Positions 12,410 through 25,873 of a stretch of 64,000 nt of DNA are shown here, piece after piece (position 1 is the first letter of the stretch; every line of letters starts with the position of its first letter). The position numbers and the translations under genes are program-made. Under the pieces are notes generated by a model that had not been told where the DNA came from, did not search any database, and saw only the letters and a program-made list of their open reading frames with translations. Source of the stretch: Ostrea edulis (lineage: Eukaryota); contig NC_079166.1 in the NCBI RefSeq assembly GCF_947568905.1, positions 9,982,001 to 10,046,000 of the forward strand, written 5' to 3'.

Positions 12410-12525
12410 AATAGCTCTAAAACTTCATTGTTATTTCGGATTTCGGTTGATCATCACTGAAGAGACATTACTTGTCGATATGCGCATATGGTGCATCAAA
12501 ATTGGCACCGCAAAAGATTTACATT
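12410..12525 (+). mobile_element. Hammerhead-carrying repeat fragment, degenerate core
   Basis: catca-CTGAAGA-gaca-ttact-tgtc-GATA-tgcgca-TA-tggtg; the GAAA core is mutated to GATA. Confidence 0.65.
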
Positions 12526-13927
12526 AACGTAAAAATTCAGATATTTCAGTATAGAGCTGATACACGTACATTATGGAAATTGTCGATAGCGTAAGCGACA
12601 CACATTTCTTGGTACTAATGTTTGTCTGGAAGTAAATGGAAATGAAACATAATGAAGGTAAGTAAGAATATCAAATTTGAAATATTCCTTAATGTCTCTA
12701 CATTTTTGTTATTATTAAATGTTGACCAATCATTCAAAAGTTAAAGATGTATCTCCAATAGTTCAGTCATTTGCAGATTTTTAAATGATATATATAAATC
12801 AATTTCTTTAGAAACTTTAATATGTTATGCATACCCATTTATATGCAAGTTGTAAGTTTAAACGCAGCATTTCTTAAAATCCGTTGGACGTCAAAATGAT
12901 ATAATTTGCAAATACATGTACAACCCGTAAATAGGTCAAATACTGCGTGGTGTATTTCATACATATCGTTAGACCGTACTCTACATGTACATATTGATTT
13001 TGATATTGTTCACTGTTTGTTATCTTCACGTTTTCATCTTTACTATTCCGTCGATGATAACAATTATCACGCGCACAAGCTACAATTGTTACGCATAAGG
13101 GAAATTAGTTTAATTACTTTCTTCCAAAACATATAAACCTCAATGCATGGTCACGTTTTCATAGTTTACATAAATACAGGTATTGACTGGGTGGTGTTTT
13201 TAACTGAAAAAAGAGAGAATGGCTTCCGTTTACAAAAATAGTTATAAAAATAGATCTGAAAAATTAGGTTCTAAAAATAGGTTTTAAAAATAAATCAGAA
13301 TAAAATCCAATTCTAAAAATAAAATTATAAAACGTACGTACGTTGTCAAATCAAACAAAACATGCAAGCGATTTGTCCCTAGCATCACCTACACCACATG
13401 AAAATATTATCATATACTGTACTCCACACTTTGATGATATATTAAGGGTGTTATTCATCTTCTTTAATAAACGCGGAGACATAATTCCTTTATTGAGTTC
13501 GTTCCAAAATATCTTTAACAACGTTTAGATTAAAATACTTGCAATTTAGATTATGCCTAAAAAGCATTGACGGGCCCGGGAAAAGAGCACTAGTATGACA
13601 TACAATCTATCAGAATTCACGGAAGAAAGAAAACTATAATTACAAGCTGGTATGGTTCAATTAGTGAAGTATTTAACTTAGTAATTGGAGAAGTCTCTAT
13701 ATATAGTATCGGGGAATTCCAACCGCATGCTGCATAACTGAAATTCTTAAAAGTGGTCTGCCGTCAATGTTAATGAATTGATATGTATTTGGTTCCTTAC
13801 CTACTAATTCTGCAAATTATTCTTACTGCATCAAAATGATTCCTAGAAGCAATATCCACTCAGTTCTTATCTATTTGGTTTAAGGTATCACACCGGTAAT
13901 TCTCCAATCAACTTGAACTTAGAATTT

Positions 13928-14003
13928 GTCTGGTACCCGCTCCCACCACTTATTGATCACTCGAAATGAGTACTCAATGAGTGGCGGAATGGGGACCAGA
14001 CTA
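13928..14003. mobile_element. Short palindromic MITE-like element
   Basis: The left arm gtctggtacccgctcccaccacttattgatcactc pairs with the right arm (reverse complement gtctggtccccattccgccactcattgagtactc) around a 5-nt loop. Confidence 0.6.
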
Positions 14004-14643
14004 ACTTAAATTCCATATATTTTAAACGAATACTTTTTCATGCGCGATTTTTCTCATTTCATCTTTTTTCTCTTAATTTTTGTACCCCTGATTAGGACAT
14101 TTTGTGTAATTTGTAGAAATAATCAGGTGTATACGAAGGAACTATTTGATGTTGCTAGCTGAGACAACTTGCTGGGGTGCACTCGGGCTATTTACACACA
14201 TGTGAAAAACACGTGAATTTGAGGGTTGTCTCGTTTGCAGGTACAATATTGTCGATACTGTTACGTGGGGTGTTGTTTTTCCGGTGTCGACAGACGAGGC
14301 AGGTAACATTTAACATTTCCAATTGTGTTATATGAATTCAATTTTGCAAATTGATTTTTTATGATTTTCCCTGCACTGGCTATGTTTTATATGTCTCTGG
14401 TAATATATAGTAAAATAATTACCGGTGTCATACCATGAAAGAACAACCCCTCATCTGAAATCAGGAACAAAAGTGTTCACGGTCACTACAAAAGATAAAT
14501 GTTATCGTAAGTAGTTACAGTAGATATGACGTAAATTAATCAAACATTATAGATTCTTTGAGTTCAGAGGAAATTGAAAAGAAAAAATCTGTATTGCAGT
14601 AATTGCAGTAAATATGTCAAAAAAGTGTAATAAATGCTGAGAA

Positions 14644-14647
<4 letters not shown>

Positions 14648-14679
<32 letters not shown>
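14648..14679. repeat. (TA)n microsatellite
   Basis: Pure TA run. Confidence 0.9.
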
Positions 14680-14683
<4 letters not shown>

Positions 14684-15720
14684 TACAAGAGGCGTGTTGT
14701 GGGATATATTGCGTATCTCAGACTCACGTTGTGGGATCCATAAGTGGTTTATGGGTCATCTATATTTTGACCCATAAACCATGTAGTCTAAACTTCACAG
14801 AAATGTTGAATATGATATTATTATCATAAAAAACAAAAAAAAACCAAAAATTTTACCCACAAGGATATATAGAAAAATGACCCACAACGCAAAATCTCTA
14901 TTTTAGAACAGTCCGTCTAAGTCCCTCGCTTTCAACATTTTGCATATCTATAAATGTCAAATGGAATGCTCCACAGTACGGTTTAGTGATACACGCAATG
15001 CATTGTGGGAGGACGATGGCGGGGATGAGCAGGGGAAAAGAGCCGTAAGTATCTTGTTCTTATTAAGCAGCAAGTAGTAGAGCGATTGAGTATAACGCAT
15101 ATTTATGATAATTAGACCAGGGACTGTCGGACTTGTTTGATCTTAAACACAATTATAAAAAATGGCGGACGCTTCAGCCTGAAGCGTAAAAGAACTTGTC
15201 AACCTCAACAAAAGCACATGTACATGCACAGATTCGGAATGCAAGTGGCATACATGAGGTATTAGTCCACGAGTTGTGAAAACTTAAGCGGTTATATTAC
15301 TTTTTTAGTTTGCATACATGTTTAACTCTGATGAAAGAAAAGATGGAGATCACAGAAGCGATATTACTGCATTCGATATTTTCGCGGCAATTTTTTTCAA
15401 CCTCTTAGCTTGTCACATATATATTCAGTAAACAAATAAGAATAGAACAAATACGATTTTTTGCTCATTGATCTATGACCTTTGCACACATGACTTCTCC
15501 GCTGGGGATAGATTCATGCAGAGACATATTTATACATGTGTGACTTTATATTCTTCAATTAAAAAAAAAAAATAAGTTCTGTGAACACCTGTCAACCAGG
15601 AGAATTACAGTTTGGTATGGAATGCTAGAAAATGACTGAAATTTAGCTAATAGTCCATGTGTATACCTTGTCTTGGGCCAGTGGCCATCGTCAAATTAAC
15701 CTTAGGGCTTTACTGCTTAC

Positions 15721-15780
15721 TGAATATATCCGTGCGATAAGGAATAGTATTGAATATATCCGTGCGATAAGGAATAGTAT
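15721..15780. repeat. Exact 30-bp tandem duplication
   Basis: tgaatatatccgtgcgataaggaatagtat x2. Confidence 0.95.
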
Positions 15781-17722
15781 TGACATGAAAATTTTTAGTG
15801 TACAGAAAAAAGTACATGAATGTATATATTAAATTTATTCATTATTTGATCAGTCTTCACGAAAAATGGCCGCGTTCTGTATCGCACCGCACAGCGGTAA
15901 TTGCTGATTTATAGCATTGTCCAATTAAAATAAACTTCGTCAATTGCAGTTATCTCTGATTTTATGCAATTTCTATAGTTTTTAGAATTAATAAATCGTT
16001 TACATTTGATGTTGGTAGAGAAGACTAGTCTGGCTACTTCCTAAGGTGCACTCGGGCTGTTTTCATGTTTGTGAAAAGTACGTGAATTTGTAGTCTTGTT
16101 GTTTGTGGGCGAAGAGAGAGAAAATACCGTTTACGGTGTTGTTTTTCTAGTATCGACGGAAAGGATGTCTTAGGGTAGATATGAATGCGAGTAATAACCA
16201 TAGTTCCAGTTAATTAATTGTACAATTTTACAGTGCATTCCATAATGTATTTGATAAACATATGAAAATTTAGGGGGCCAGTAAATTTCACTGTGGGCCA
16301 GTAAATTCAGACAGTTCACTGGTCCGACTGGCCAGTTTTAAATGTTTTCGTGAAAACTGTTTGATAAAATTAATTATAACAATATATGCATGGAAATCTT
16401 GTAAAGAATAAAAGCATTAACTGTTAAATCAAAAGTTACTCGTACACATATTTTATGCTAAAGAGAAAGTGCCGACCCTCCTAGGAAAGGTTAAGTAATT
16501 ATGCATTAATTTATTATGTTTTGCGATCTTTCTTTATATTATGAATATATGTACGTCATTGAAATTTTCTTTGCATTTAGTCGATAATTTATAAGGGTCA
16601 TTTTTTTTCTCGAGACATGGCGACACAATAGTTAATGGTACCAGTAATGTGTCTCCAATCCTTTCGATTTATTTAATGAAATATGTTCAAAACAAAACAG
16701 GTATTGAAAAACCACTTTTCATACAAACAGGGTTTTCTAAAACGTTTGACCGTGATCATAATAAAAAAAAATTATGAAAATTTTTTTTACGTTTATAAAT
16801 AACTGAAATTGAATACATATACATTAATATTTCACACATTACATGACAAGACTCTTGTGTCCACACATTGCTGTAAAGATCGCTGTATTTATAGAGGTCT
16901 TTATCCTTTCGACGGCCAGAGCTTGTGAAGAATGTTGGACACAAGGATGGTGTTCAGGGGAAAAAATCATGATAAAAAGATAAATTACTGTGTACATGGT
17001 GTAAATAAATACTTCACATCAAAAAATGTATGTATGTTGAATTTGCTACAGAATAGAGGTGAGGATCAATCCTACAGTGCCTAAAGGTCACGGCGCAGGG
17101 GTCAGGCTCCAAAAAGTATGCACGAAAGACTTCTAATTTTATTTATTTATTTATTTTTTTTTTTGGTTGCTTTTAGGGTGCAATTTTTCTCTCCTTTCTT
17201 TTTTTCTTTGTCACCTACTGAGTTTTTTCTTCCATTTGACACCTAGGTTGTGTACCTGCCTATTAAGCAGGACCTATAACAGCAATAGTTTGAAGGGTAT
17301 GGAAATCGGGGAAAATGCTCTCACGAAACCCCTATGCCTGCCGCGTATCTGAGGATCTATAAGATTAGACAGAATAAAGGCAGAACTTTTTAATTTTGAC
17401 AACTGATGGAATACAACTTTCTCTTGCGATCCATATCAAATATGTTATAAAATCCTTTCCTGGGGGCCAGTGCAAGGGGTCAGAATCTCTATTTTTGGTC
17501 ATTACAAATTGTTATGCTATGGCCGTGGAAAGGATATGCTGTTTGTTTGATAATTAAATACATAAAATAAGACAATATGTCAGTTATAACGCTATGAATT
17601 TCCTCACAATAAGCAGGCTTATGATAAAAAAATTATTTTCTGTGTAAAATGTAGGTATAAAAGCCCTGCAGGTAACAAAGACTTCATATGTATACTGTGT
17701 GTGTATTGGGATTATTGCCATA

Positions 17723-18590
17723 CAGGGTCTGACATTAACTTTTTTGAGCACTAGACAAATCAGGCTACTTCAAATGATTTTTGCTACACCTGACCTTACA
17801 TCCACTAGCCCTGATCAACTTTCCAGAAAAAAATCTGATAGATTCTCCATATCTAAATACTTAATTTAAATGACAAACGTTAAGTTTGAACTAAAATGCA
17901 TTTAATTGTCTAAAAAAAATCTTTAGTCTCGTCATTCAATTTGATGCTTTTACTTTCAAACATATTTTCAGTTTCTAAATTCTTACCAGCACGGAAATAC
18001 TTTAATCCATTTAGAATAAAATGACCTCAATATTTTTTACAAATTTCTATTTCATAAGTCCTCCTGTGTTTCTTCCCAACATTTTTCTTTTTATTCCTCT
18101 TTCTTGGAACATCTTTTGCTTTCCTTGAGGACGAGAATTCGTATTTGAATATAGACATTCCTGCACATATGTATATAAACACAGAAAAATTGCTGTTTAC
18201 AACGTAATTCATCAATTTGATAAACACTTTCTTATATTCAATGCAAATGAACTGTTTTGTTTCTTTTAATGAAAATGAATTCAATAATTCTATCAAAACA
18301 TTACTTTACACACATTAACATTGTGTACATGTCGTAGAACATCACTTCAGACCGCGATTTATTAGAACTAAAAATAGAGATTATGTCACCATGTGGTTCA
18401 AAATTGTTCGCAAACTCTTTACAGTTATTTTTTTTTAAAGAATAAACTATCTAATGATTTAAAGTAAAGTTTCTTAAATTTGTTTATTTTTTCAACACGA
18501 CCAGTCGGATTAGTAAATTGACATTTTACCCTACCGGACCTATCATCTAGTAGACTCGGTCGGTCGGACGTGCCTTAGTGTCAAACCCTG
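17723..18590. mobile_element. Non-autonomous TIR DNA transposon with target-site duplication
   Basis: Left end cagggtctgacattaa, right end reverse complement cagggtttgacactaa. Both flanks carry ccata (extendable to tgccataca if the ends are GGG...CCC). Confidence 0.7.
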
Positions 18591-18991
18591 CCATACATGA
18601 TGTCATTGCCTCGGGGTAAAACTAAGTCCCTTCCCTCACCTGAGAAAACTGTAGGGTTAAAACTCTCGGGTCTATAAAATTAGTGGACCACGGGGACGGG
18701 GACACTAATTCTAAAATGGTAGTGGCCTATAATGATTTTTAATAGCCCGTATAAAAACTAACAATTTTGAAATTCTTGGCAAAATCTCTTAATATCAATT
18801 ATCTAAACTCTCTTCAATATAGCAAATAATATGTATAATATAATAATGGAATTCTACATGACTTTATAAAATTTAATTCTTGAAAAAAAATTAGTTTCAT
18901 GAATTTATATACTGTTATAAAAATCTGACTAAATGTTGAACAATAGAATATATATCCAAATGTCAGAAATGAAATAATAAAAGTGTATTTA

Positions 18992-20441
18992 GGCCATCAT
19001 TAAAAATATCTTTATTTCCCCTAACCTGACTCTAAATTTTTAAGTTGGGTAGGTAGGTAGGTAAATAAATTTTTTTGACAGATATTTTTAAAACAAATTC
19101 TGCAATTTAAAATTGACACCTTTATAAATAAGAAAAGTACAAAAATTGTACGAAAGAAAAGAATTCTGAATATCATACAAATGGAATTTCAAAACAAAAT
19201 TTAAAGGCAAATAGATTAACAACTATTATTCAGTTGAACTTATGAAAAGTCTCACAACAGTGTAATTTATTGAATTCGGCTATTCACAGAAAGACACGAT
19301 TGTCATATACCAAACAAGTGGTCATCCAATTATAGTTTTCATACCTATTGTTAGCATCCAATGCTTTCAGAAGCAATGTACTTCAAGTAACTTGGGTGGC
19401 ACAGTAGTTCTAGAGCGTTTCGTTTGGATTCAGAAAGTAAGGACTTAATCCTCAAGTCGTAGGTTCAAATCCCAATGCGGGACGTGAAGACAGGTCCTTC
19501 AGATGGGACTGCACAAACTTACATACACTGTGACAGTGTATGCCGGCATGAAAAATATTCCTCACTGCTCAATGTTTATAAGTGCAGAGTACAACTCTAG
19601 GTTTGCAGCCCTTCACAGGCAAACGATGTCATCCCAACAATTTTCAAAGAGACTCAAAGCAAAGAAACCACTGATCTTAAGAAGTCTCATTAAAGGAAAG
19701 TACACTAGACATCCTAGGAAGCTGTACTGTCAACCAGTTTAAAAGATTTCCAAAACTATTTGGAAAGAGTGCATGTATATAAAAAATATTATATTGAATC
19801 ACACAATATCTAAAAATGATAAAAATGCCATGTCGGACGTTATGGTCACAAAGTTTATCCCTTGTATAAAAGGACTGAAGAAACAATTACATTCCATTAT
19901 CAGGATGAAATATATAAAGAACTCCTATGATCCAATATAATCAACTAAGGAACATCGATGAACTGATTATTAGAACACAACTCAAATCAAATGAAATACA
20001 TTGTAATTGATTTGTATGAATACAAGGTGGGCTCTTCTTAAGGTAGGCTTTACCATGCTTACTACGTACCTTGTTTCTTTCTAAATACGTTTGTAAATAT
20101 CGAAACACTCTAAAATATTCATGGTATATTTTATTTGCGAAATTCTTCAAGAGTATAGGATTCTAATGAGGTACAGACATAAGGTTGAAAATTAAAGTTG
20201 TCGATGTTTAAAACCACAATCTAACCCTAGTGACCACATGTGGGTGCCATTTTGTTTCCATCAAACGCTTCAAAATCGCAGTAGAAACAAAATCAACCAT
20301 TATAATAGAATTTGATGAAATTGAATTTTATAAAGTTAACAAATAATTATAATTAAATAAAATATTTAAATAAATTTGCTTTAAAAAAATTCTCATGGGT
20401 CGGTCGCGTTAGGGGAAACAAAGGTATTTTTTATTTTGGTC
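18992..20441. mobile_element. Zator-like non-autonomous/decayed DNA transposon with TTA TSD
   Basis: Left end ggccatcattaaaaatatctttatttccctaacc versus right end reverse complement gaccaaaataaaaaatacctttgtttcccctaacg. TTA flanks both ends (18989-18991, 20442-20444). GG ends with a TWA TSD fit Zator from memory. Confidence 0.55.
19395..19675 (+). mobile_element. Degenerate tRNA-derived SINE nested in the Zator-like element
   Basis: A-box-like ggtggcacagtagttctagagcg, B-box ggttcaaatccc, and body cctcactgctcaatg shared with the SINE at 58510. Confidence 0.6.
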
Positions 20442-20949
20442 TTAAATATATACTGGAATTTTCATGTCTCTTTTGTTACAACTCCGGCTTTTACGAGTTC
20501 AAAAATACACAAAATGGTGTCATTTTGTCAAAACAAGATCCAAGAGTACACAAATTAATCTTGAAGAAATGGTCAGTCGTTAATATATATTGCACTATAA
20601 GAAAAATATTATGAGAACAAGATTCTTAGAACAGCTAGCACTTTAATAGAACTGGGTATCATGACTGAAAAATCGTATTGTGATATATTGCAATATTAAA
20701 TTTTATTTTGCAATATATCACAATATTGAATTCATACTATGTTTGCTTTATCATTCTTTTATTTCGTTGAATATGAAAACACAAACGCAAACAATTGTGT
20801 GTTCTCGAGTTAATATCAACATTGCCTGGCCGCATGGTCCCGGCGCATACGGTTAGCTGAGTCTGTTATGTCACAGGAATATTTATAATCTCATTGAATA
20901 GTCACATACAGCTTTAACTTGAAGTAGTTTCACGTAGCAACTTCTTTCC

Positions 20950-21890
20950 AAAGGTTCAAGTGAGTTTTTCTGATCAAAATTTGTCCATTGTCTGTTGTCG
21001 CCTTTATTGTTGGCACAAACTTTTCACATTTTCATCTTCTTCTCGAGAACCACTGGGCTAATTTCACCCAAACTGGACACAGAGTATCCTTGGGTGAAGG
21101 GATTCAAGTTTGTTCAAATAAAGGGCCAAAAAGAGATAATCAAGAAATAGTGGTGGGGTCATTTAAAAATCTTCTCATGAACCTCTGGGCCAGAAAAGAT
21201 GAAACTTAAGTGACAATTTCCTGACATAGTGTAGATTTCAATTTGTTCAAATCGTGACCCCCGGGGCAAGGGTGTGGCCACAGTAGGTAATCAAATTTTA
21301 TACGCCCGTCTATGACAGGACGTATTATGGTATGGCGATCATGTCCGTCCGTCTGTCTGTCTGTTAGATTTTTCGTGTCCGGCTCATAAATTTAATACTA
21401 TGAGACCTGGGATCATCAAACTTAGGCAGATGATGCACCTTGGGTTGAAGATGTGTCCGGTTTAGAAGTTAGGTCACTGTGACCTTCAATTAAAAAGATA
21501 TGGCCAAATATGGCAAAACCCTGTCTGGCTCATATCTGAAAAACTATTTGGCCTAGAATCATCAAACTTGGACAGATAATGCATCTTTAGTAGAAGGTGT
21601 GTCGCGCCTTACATTAAGGTCACTGTGACCTTTAAGTAAGATGATATTAACCCTGTCATAACTGGAAAAATATTTGGTCTAGAATCATCAAACTTGGACA
21701 GAAGATGCATCTTAGATAGAAGGTGTGGCACACCATGCATCTAGGACACTGTGACCTTTGATTAAAATGATATTGCCAAATATGGAAATATGGAAAAACC
21801 TTATTTGGCCTAGAAACATCAAACTTGGACAGACAATGCATCATCAGCAGAAGGTGTGTCACTGTGACCTTTAATTAAGATGGTATAATA
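20950..21890 (+). mobile_element. Two adjacent Helentron-type non-autonomous elements
   Basis: 20950-21290 resembles 816-1337. The 21297 element starts tttatacgcccgtc, has a gtccgtccgtctgtc microsatellite and repeated catcaaacttggacag...ggtcactgtgacc units. Confidence 0.6.
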
Positions 21891-22020
21891 TATGAAATAA
21901 TATATTAAAGGGAGGTAGTCCCTGCAAATGTAAGAGTAATGCATGATATAATTTAACATAGCATTTTTATTTCAGTTCTTTATTTTCATTAATTTTTTGT
22001 TATATTTGTCAATTTCAAAG

Positions 22021-24896
22021 GGCCTATCCCGATTCCCAAGACACAGAAAATAAGCACTGGTGCACATCCAGTACAAGAAAATGATGCTAGACTTTCATAC
22101 CAGTAAGTTGCTTATTTAATATTCTTCCAATATTTTTTTTGACTTCTCTCTTTCAAAGGTCATCCATTTGGAGGTTCATATACATGTACCTGTAGTTTGA
22201 AATGGGGGTTAGTAGCATTGAACTTAAAATGAAAAATATTCTGATTTAAATTATGCTACAAGTCTAAAATTTGACATATTGACTTGAAAATGATCACTCT
22301 TTCAGTCTATGTATCATTTGGAATTAATTTAAAAAAAAAAAAACTGACTAAGCTGATAGTTTACAGGTTACCACTCTGGTTTTGATGTGTCAGGGGGCTT
22401 GTGCCATACCCCTGTACTCAGGTTAAAGTTTTACTCAAAAACAGTAAATTTTAAGTGCAACATTAAAATATGATTTTCTCATGTAGTGTATAATAGAGAA
22501 ATAAATATTTATCTAAAAATATTTCAGTATAACATCAGAATATTAAATGTATTAGTGAGCAGTAACTTTTTGTCAATTGCCTTTCAGTAGAGCTGTCATT
22601 ATACCCACCGCAAACGAAGTTTTGGGTGGGTGGGGGGGGGTATATAGGAATCACTCTGTCCGTTCGTCTGTCTGTGCAGATTCGTGTCCGGCCTGTAACT
22701 TCTTTGTTCTTTGACATAGGCATACCATATTTGGCACATGGGTGTATCATCATGAGACGATGTGTCAGGTACCATCTTGACCTCTATATGACATTGACCT
22801 TTGATCCCAAGGTCAAAATCATAGGTTTTTTCAATGGATTCGTGTCCGGACTGTAACTTCTTAGTTCTTTGACATAGGCATATCATATTTGGCACATGTA
22901 TGTGTCACCATGAGACGATGTGTCGAGTACCTTCATTACCTCTGTATGACCTTGACCTTTGACCTCAAAGTCAAAATTAAATTTTTTTTACCATAAATTC
23001 GTGTCCGAGGCATATCTTTTTTGTTATTTGATATAGGCATACCATAATTGGCACATGGATGTATTACCATGAGACAGTGTGTCCAGTACATTCATGAACT
23101 CTATATGACCTTGACTTTTGACCTCAAGATCAACATAGGTTTATACCATAGATTCGTGTCTGCACCACCACTTTTTCTTTTGATAAAGACTTTTCATTTT
23201 TTGGTGTATGTTTAAGTCTCCATTAGACAAAGTCATTTGGTCAGCATACAAATATGTGGGTGGCGGGGGGGGGGGGGGGGTTATCCCTTGTGAGTTTCAC
23301 TCACAGTTACTATCTTCTTCATGGATTTGATCTCGATGCATCATCAATTTGAAATGTTTTGATACAATATCAATACATTTTCTGAAAATCAATACAATAC
23401 ATATATTATATGATTTAACTAAAACTGTGTAAAATCAGCATCAGGTTTAAAGAATATGGTCATATTTGCAGAAGGATTAAGTTACTCTCGCAGTTGCATT
23501 ATCCTGGATAGCATATGCAAATGCAAATGTCAGTTGTTAAGGTTACCTTATGCTTTCACAATAATTCTGTAATGATGCAGTTGTGATTTATTTTTTTTAA
23601 AAAAAAGACTATTAATTTTGTTTTCTTTATATATGCATTTGTGGTATCTCTCTGCTATATAAACATTCAAAGAGTGAAAAACTTCATTTTTATATGAAGT
23701 TTTCCAAAGTTCATAGGTCATTACGTAACCTAATCACACGGAGCATTAATTAATATCTACAATATGTATATTGACCAGCCTATTTAGTGCATTTCGTCTC
23801 ATGTAAAGAATATACATGGAAAACAATGATTATTTTATTAAATCAAATCTTTCTTTTTTAAATATATATATATATATTAATCCAGTTCTCTGGTGATTTT
23901 ATGATGTTTTATGTCTGCTAGTTGCTTAGAATATGCCTTGTAGCTAGTCTCTCAGCTTTTCTTGTTTTTTTCCTTTAGGCCTTTAATCTTCATCCTTAAC
24001 TCTGAATGTTATACGGTATTTGTTTTCTTCATCTACATTTTCTCACATTAAAAATGCAAATCTGCGGTGGGAAACATCACTGCATATATGCCACGAACAT
24101 TTCGGTAAATACGTCCACCGACGAGAGCATCAAGACTGTCTTGACAAAGAAAACAGTCGACAGTGTCAACATCATGATGAATATGATACTTTTGTTTATT
24201 GATATATCAATATTGAAATCCTCTTCAGTGAAAGAAAGGTTTGTGTAGTGCAAATATGTATTGTATTATATATGAAAGGAATATCTCCTTTGAAAATGTT
24301 TCTTCTTTTTTTTTAAAGAAACCAACATGTAAACAGGAAAACAAAAGTTGCTTTGAATGCAGAAATAGATCAAGGTATGAATGAAATTGTTTCTGATTAA
24401 ATTGAGAAATTTATCCAAGGGGATAAACTTTATGTGAGGGAAGTTTCAAGGTAATTAAAACTTTCAATTTATCCCATTTCACATGCTTTTAAATAAAAGT
24501 ATTCTAAGAGGTTATAAACAATTCTCCTCACATAGTGCTTGTGCACATATTTTTGAAGTTGTAGTAAAACCCTGTTTTAACTTACAAATGTAGAATTTTA
24601 TTCACTGAGCTCCGGTTATATTTGATCACAGATTCTTGTGAGGAAGACAATGATTATGTCCCAACTGATGAAGAATCGTCGGAAGAACCATCAAGCACCA
24701 CATTTCCATCAAAGAGAAAAAGATGGACAGTGGATGAGGAGAATGTCCTGAGATTTGAATTTAATAAGAACTTTAAAGATAAAAACATGCAAGAAATGCT
24801 GAAGCACTGAAAGTAAAAAACAAATACAAATTTCTTGCTGTTAGAAATATTCATCAGATAAAGAGTAAAGTGCAACATATGCTGAGACGTAAATGA
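22021..24896 (+). pseudogene. Decayed multi-exon gene remnant ending in a Myb/SANT-like C-terminal motif
   Basis: In-phase exon chain ...VKER | 24319-24374 NQHVNRKTKVALNAEIDQ | 24632 onward DSCEEDNDYVPTDEESSEE...KRKRWTVDEENVLRFEF, then a frameshift to ...RNIHQIKSKVQHMLRRK* (24896). Candidate upstream exon 22021-22102. Linkage of the 5' exons is uncertain. Confidence 0.4.
22598..23318 (+). mobile_element. Helentron-type non-autonomous element with about 3 x 158-bp internal tandem units
   Basis: Starts attatacccaccgcaaacgaagttt plus a G-run and microsatellite; ttcgtgtcc recurs at 22681, 22839, 22998 and 23153; 3' hairpin gtgagtttcactcac. Confidence 0.75.
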
Positions 24897-25217
24897 GTTA
24901 ACAAAGTTAGGACTTTTGTCATGCAGTCAAACATGATGCTGTGTTAACATCTTGAAACTAGAACAGTAGCTCCTGAAAAAAATACCCTGGACTTATTTTT
25001 TTATCACCTGAGTTAACTTAGAGGTGGATAAACAAGAGAATGCTTCATGGTTTAGATTGAAGATTGAATGTTTATATGCATTATACCTGTATACACTCAC
25101 TGCTTCCTGTCTGCATCATTTGTCCCTGAAGTGTGACCTCATGGTTGGGGTTTTTAGTCATTTTAAAATCATAATGTCAGCATTAAGATGTTATAATTTC
25201 TTATACAATACTTTATT

Positions 25218-25873
25218 ATTATACCCCCCGCAATAAGTTGTGGGGGGGGGGGGTATACTGGAATCGGGTTGTCCGTCTGTCTGTCCGTCCGACCGTCTGT
25301 AGACGCAATAGTTTCCGGGCACTAAAGCATTATCCTTTCCACCTACCGTCACCATATCATATATATGGACTACCCATGGGATGAAGATGTTCCCTATCGA
25401 TTTTGGGATCAAAAGGTCAAAGGTCAAGCGCACTGGACATTGAAGTAGCAATATGGTTTCCGGGCTCTAAAGCGTTATCCTTTCCACCTACAGTCACCAT
25501 ATCAAACATATGGACTACCCATGGGATGAAGATGTTCCCTATCGATTTTGGGGTCAAAAGGTCAAAGGTCAAGCGCACTGAACATTGAAGTAGCAATATG
25601 GTTCCCGGGCTCTAAAGCGTTATCCTTTCCACTTACAGTCACCATATCATATATATGGACTACCCATGGGATGAAGATGTTCCTTATGGATTTTGGGGTT
25701 AAAAGGTCAAAGGTCATGCGCACTGGACATCGAAGTAGCAATATGGTTCGGTTTGTCATGCCATTTGTTTTTTATACTCAGAAAAGAGGTAGTTTATACC
25801 TATTACCAACACCCTTTGGGAGATTGGGGTAAGCGGGGGTATTCCTAGTGAGCATTGCTCACAGTACCTCTTG
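25218..25873 (+). mobile_element. Helentron-type non-autonomous element with 3 x 145-bp internal tandem units
   Basis: Starts attataccccccgcaataagttg plus a G-run and gtccgtct microsatellite; units start at 25324, 25469 and 25614; 3' hairpin gtgagcattgctcac. Confidence 0.8.

Noticed and set aside
25403-25832. Duplicated MGSKGQRSSAL ORFs
   Set aside because: Translations of the 145-bp internal units of a non-autonomous Helentron-type element.
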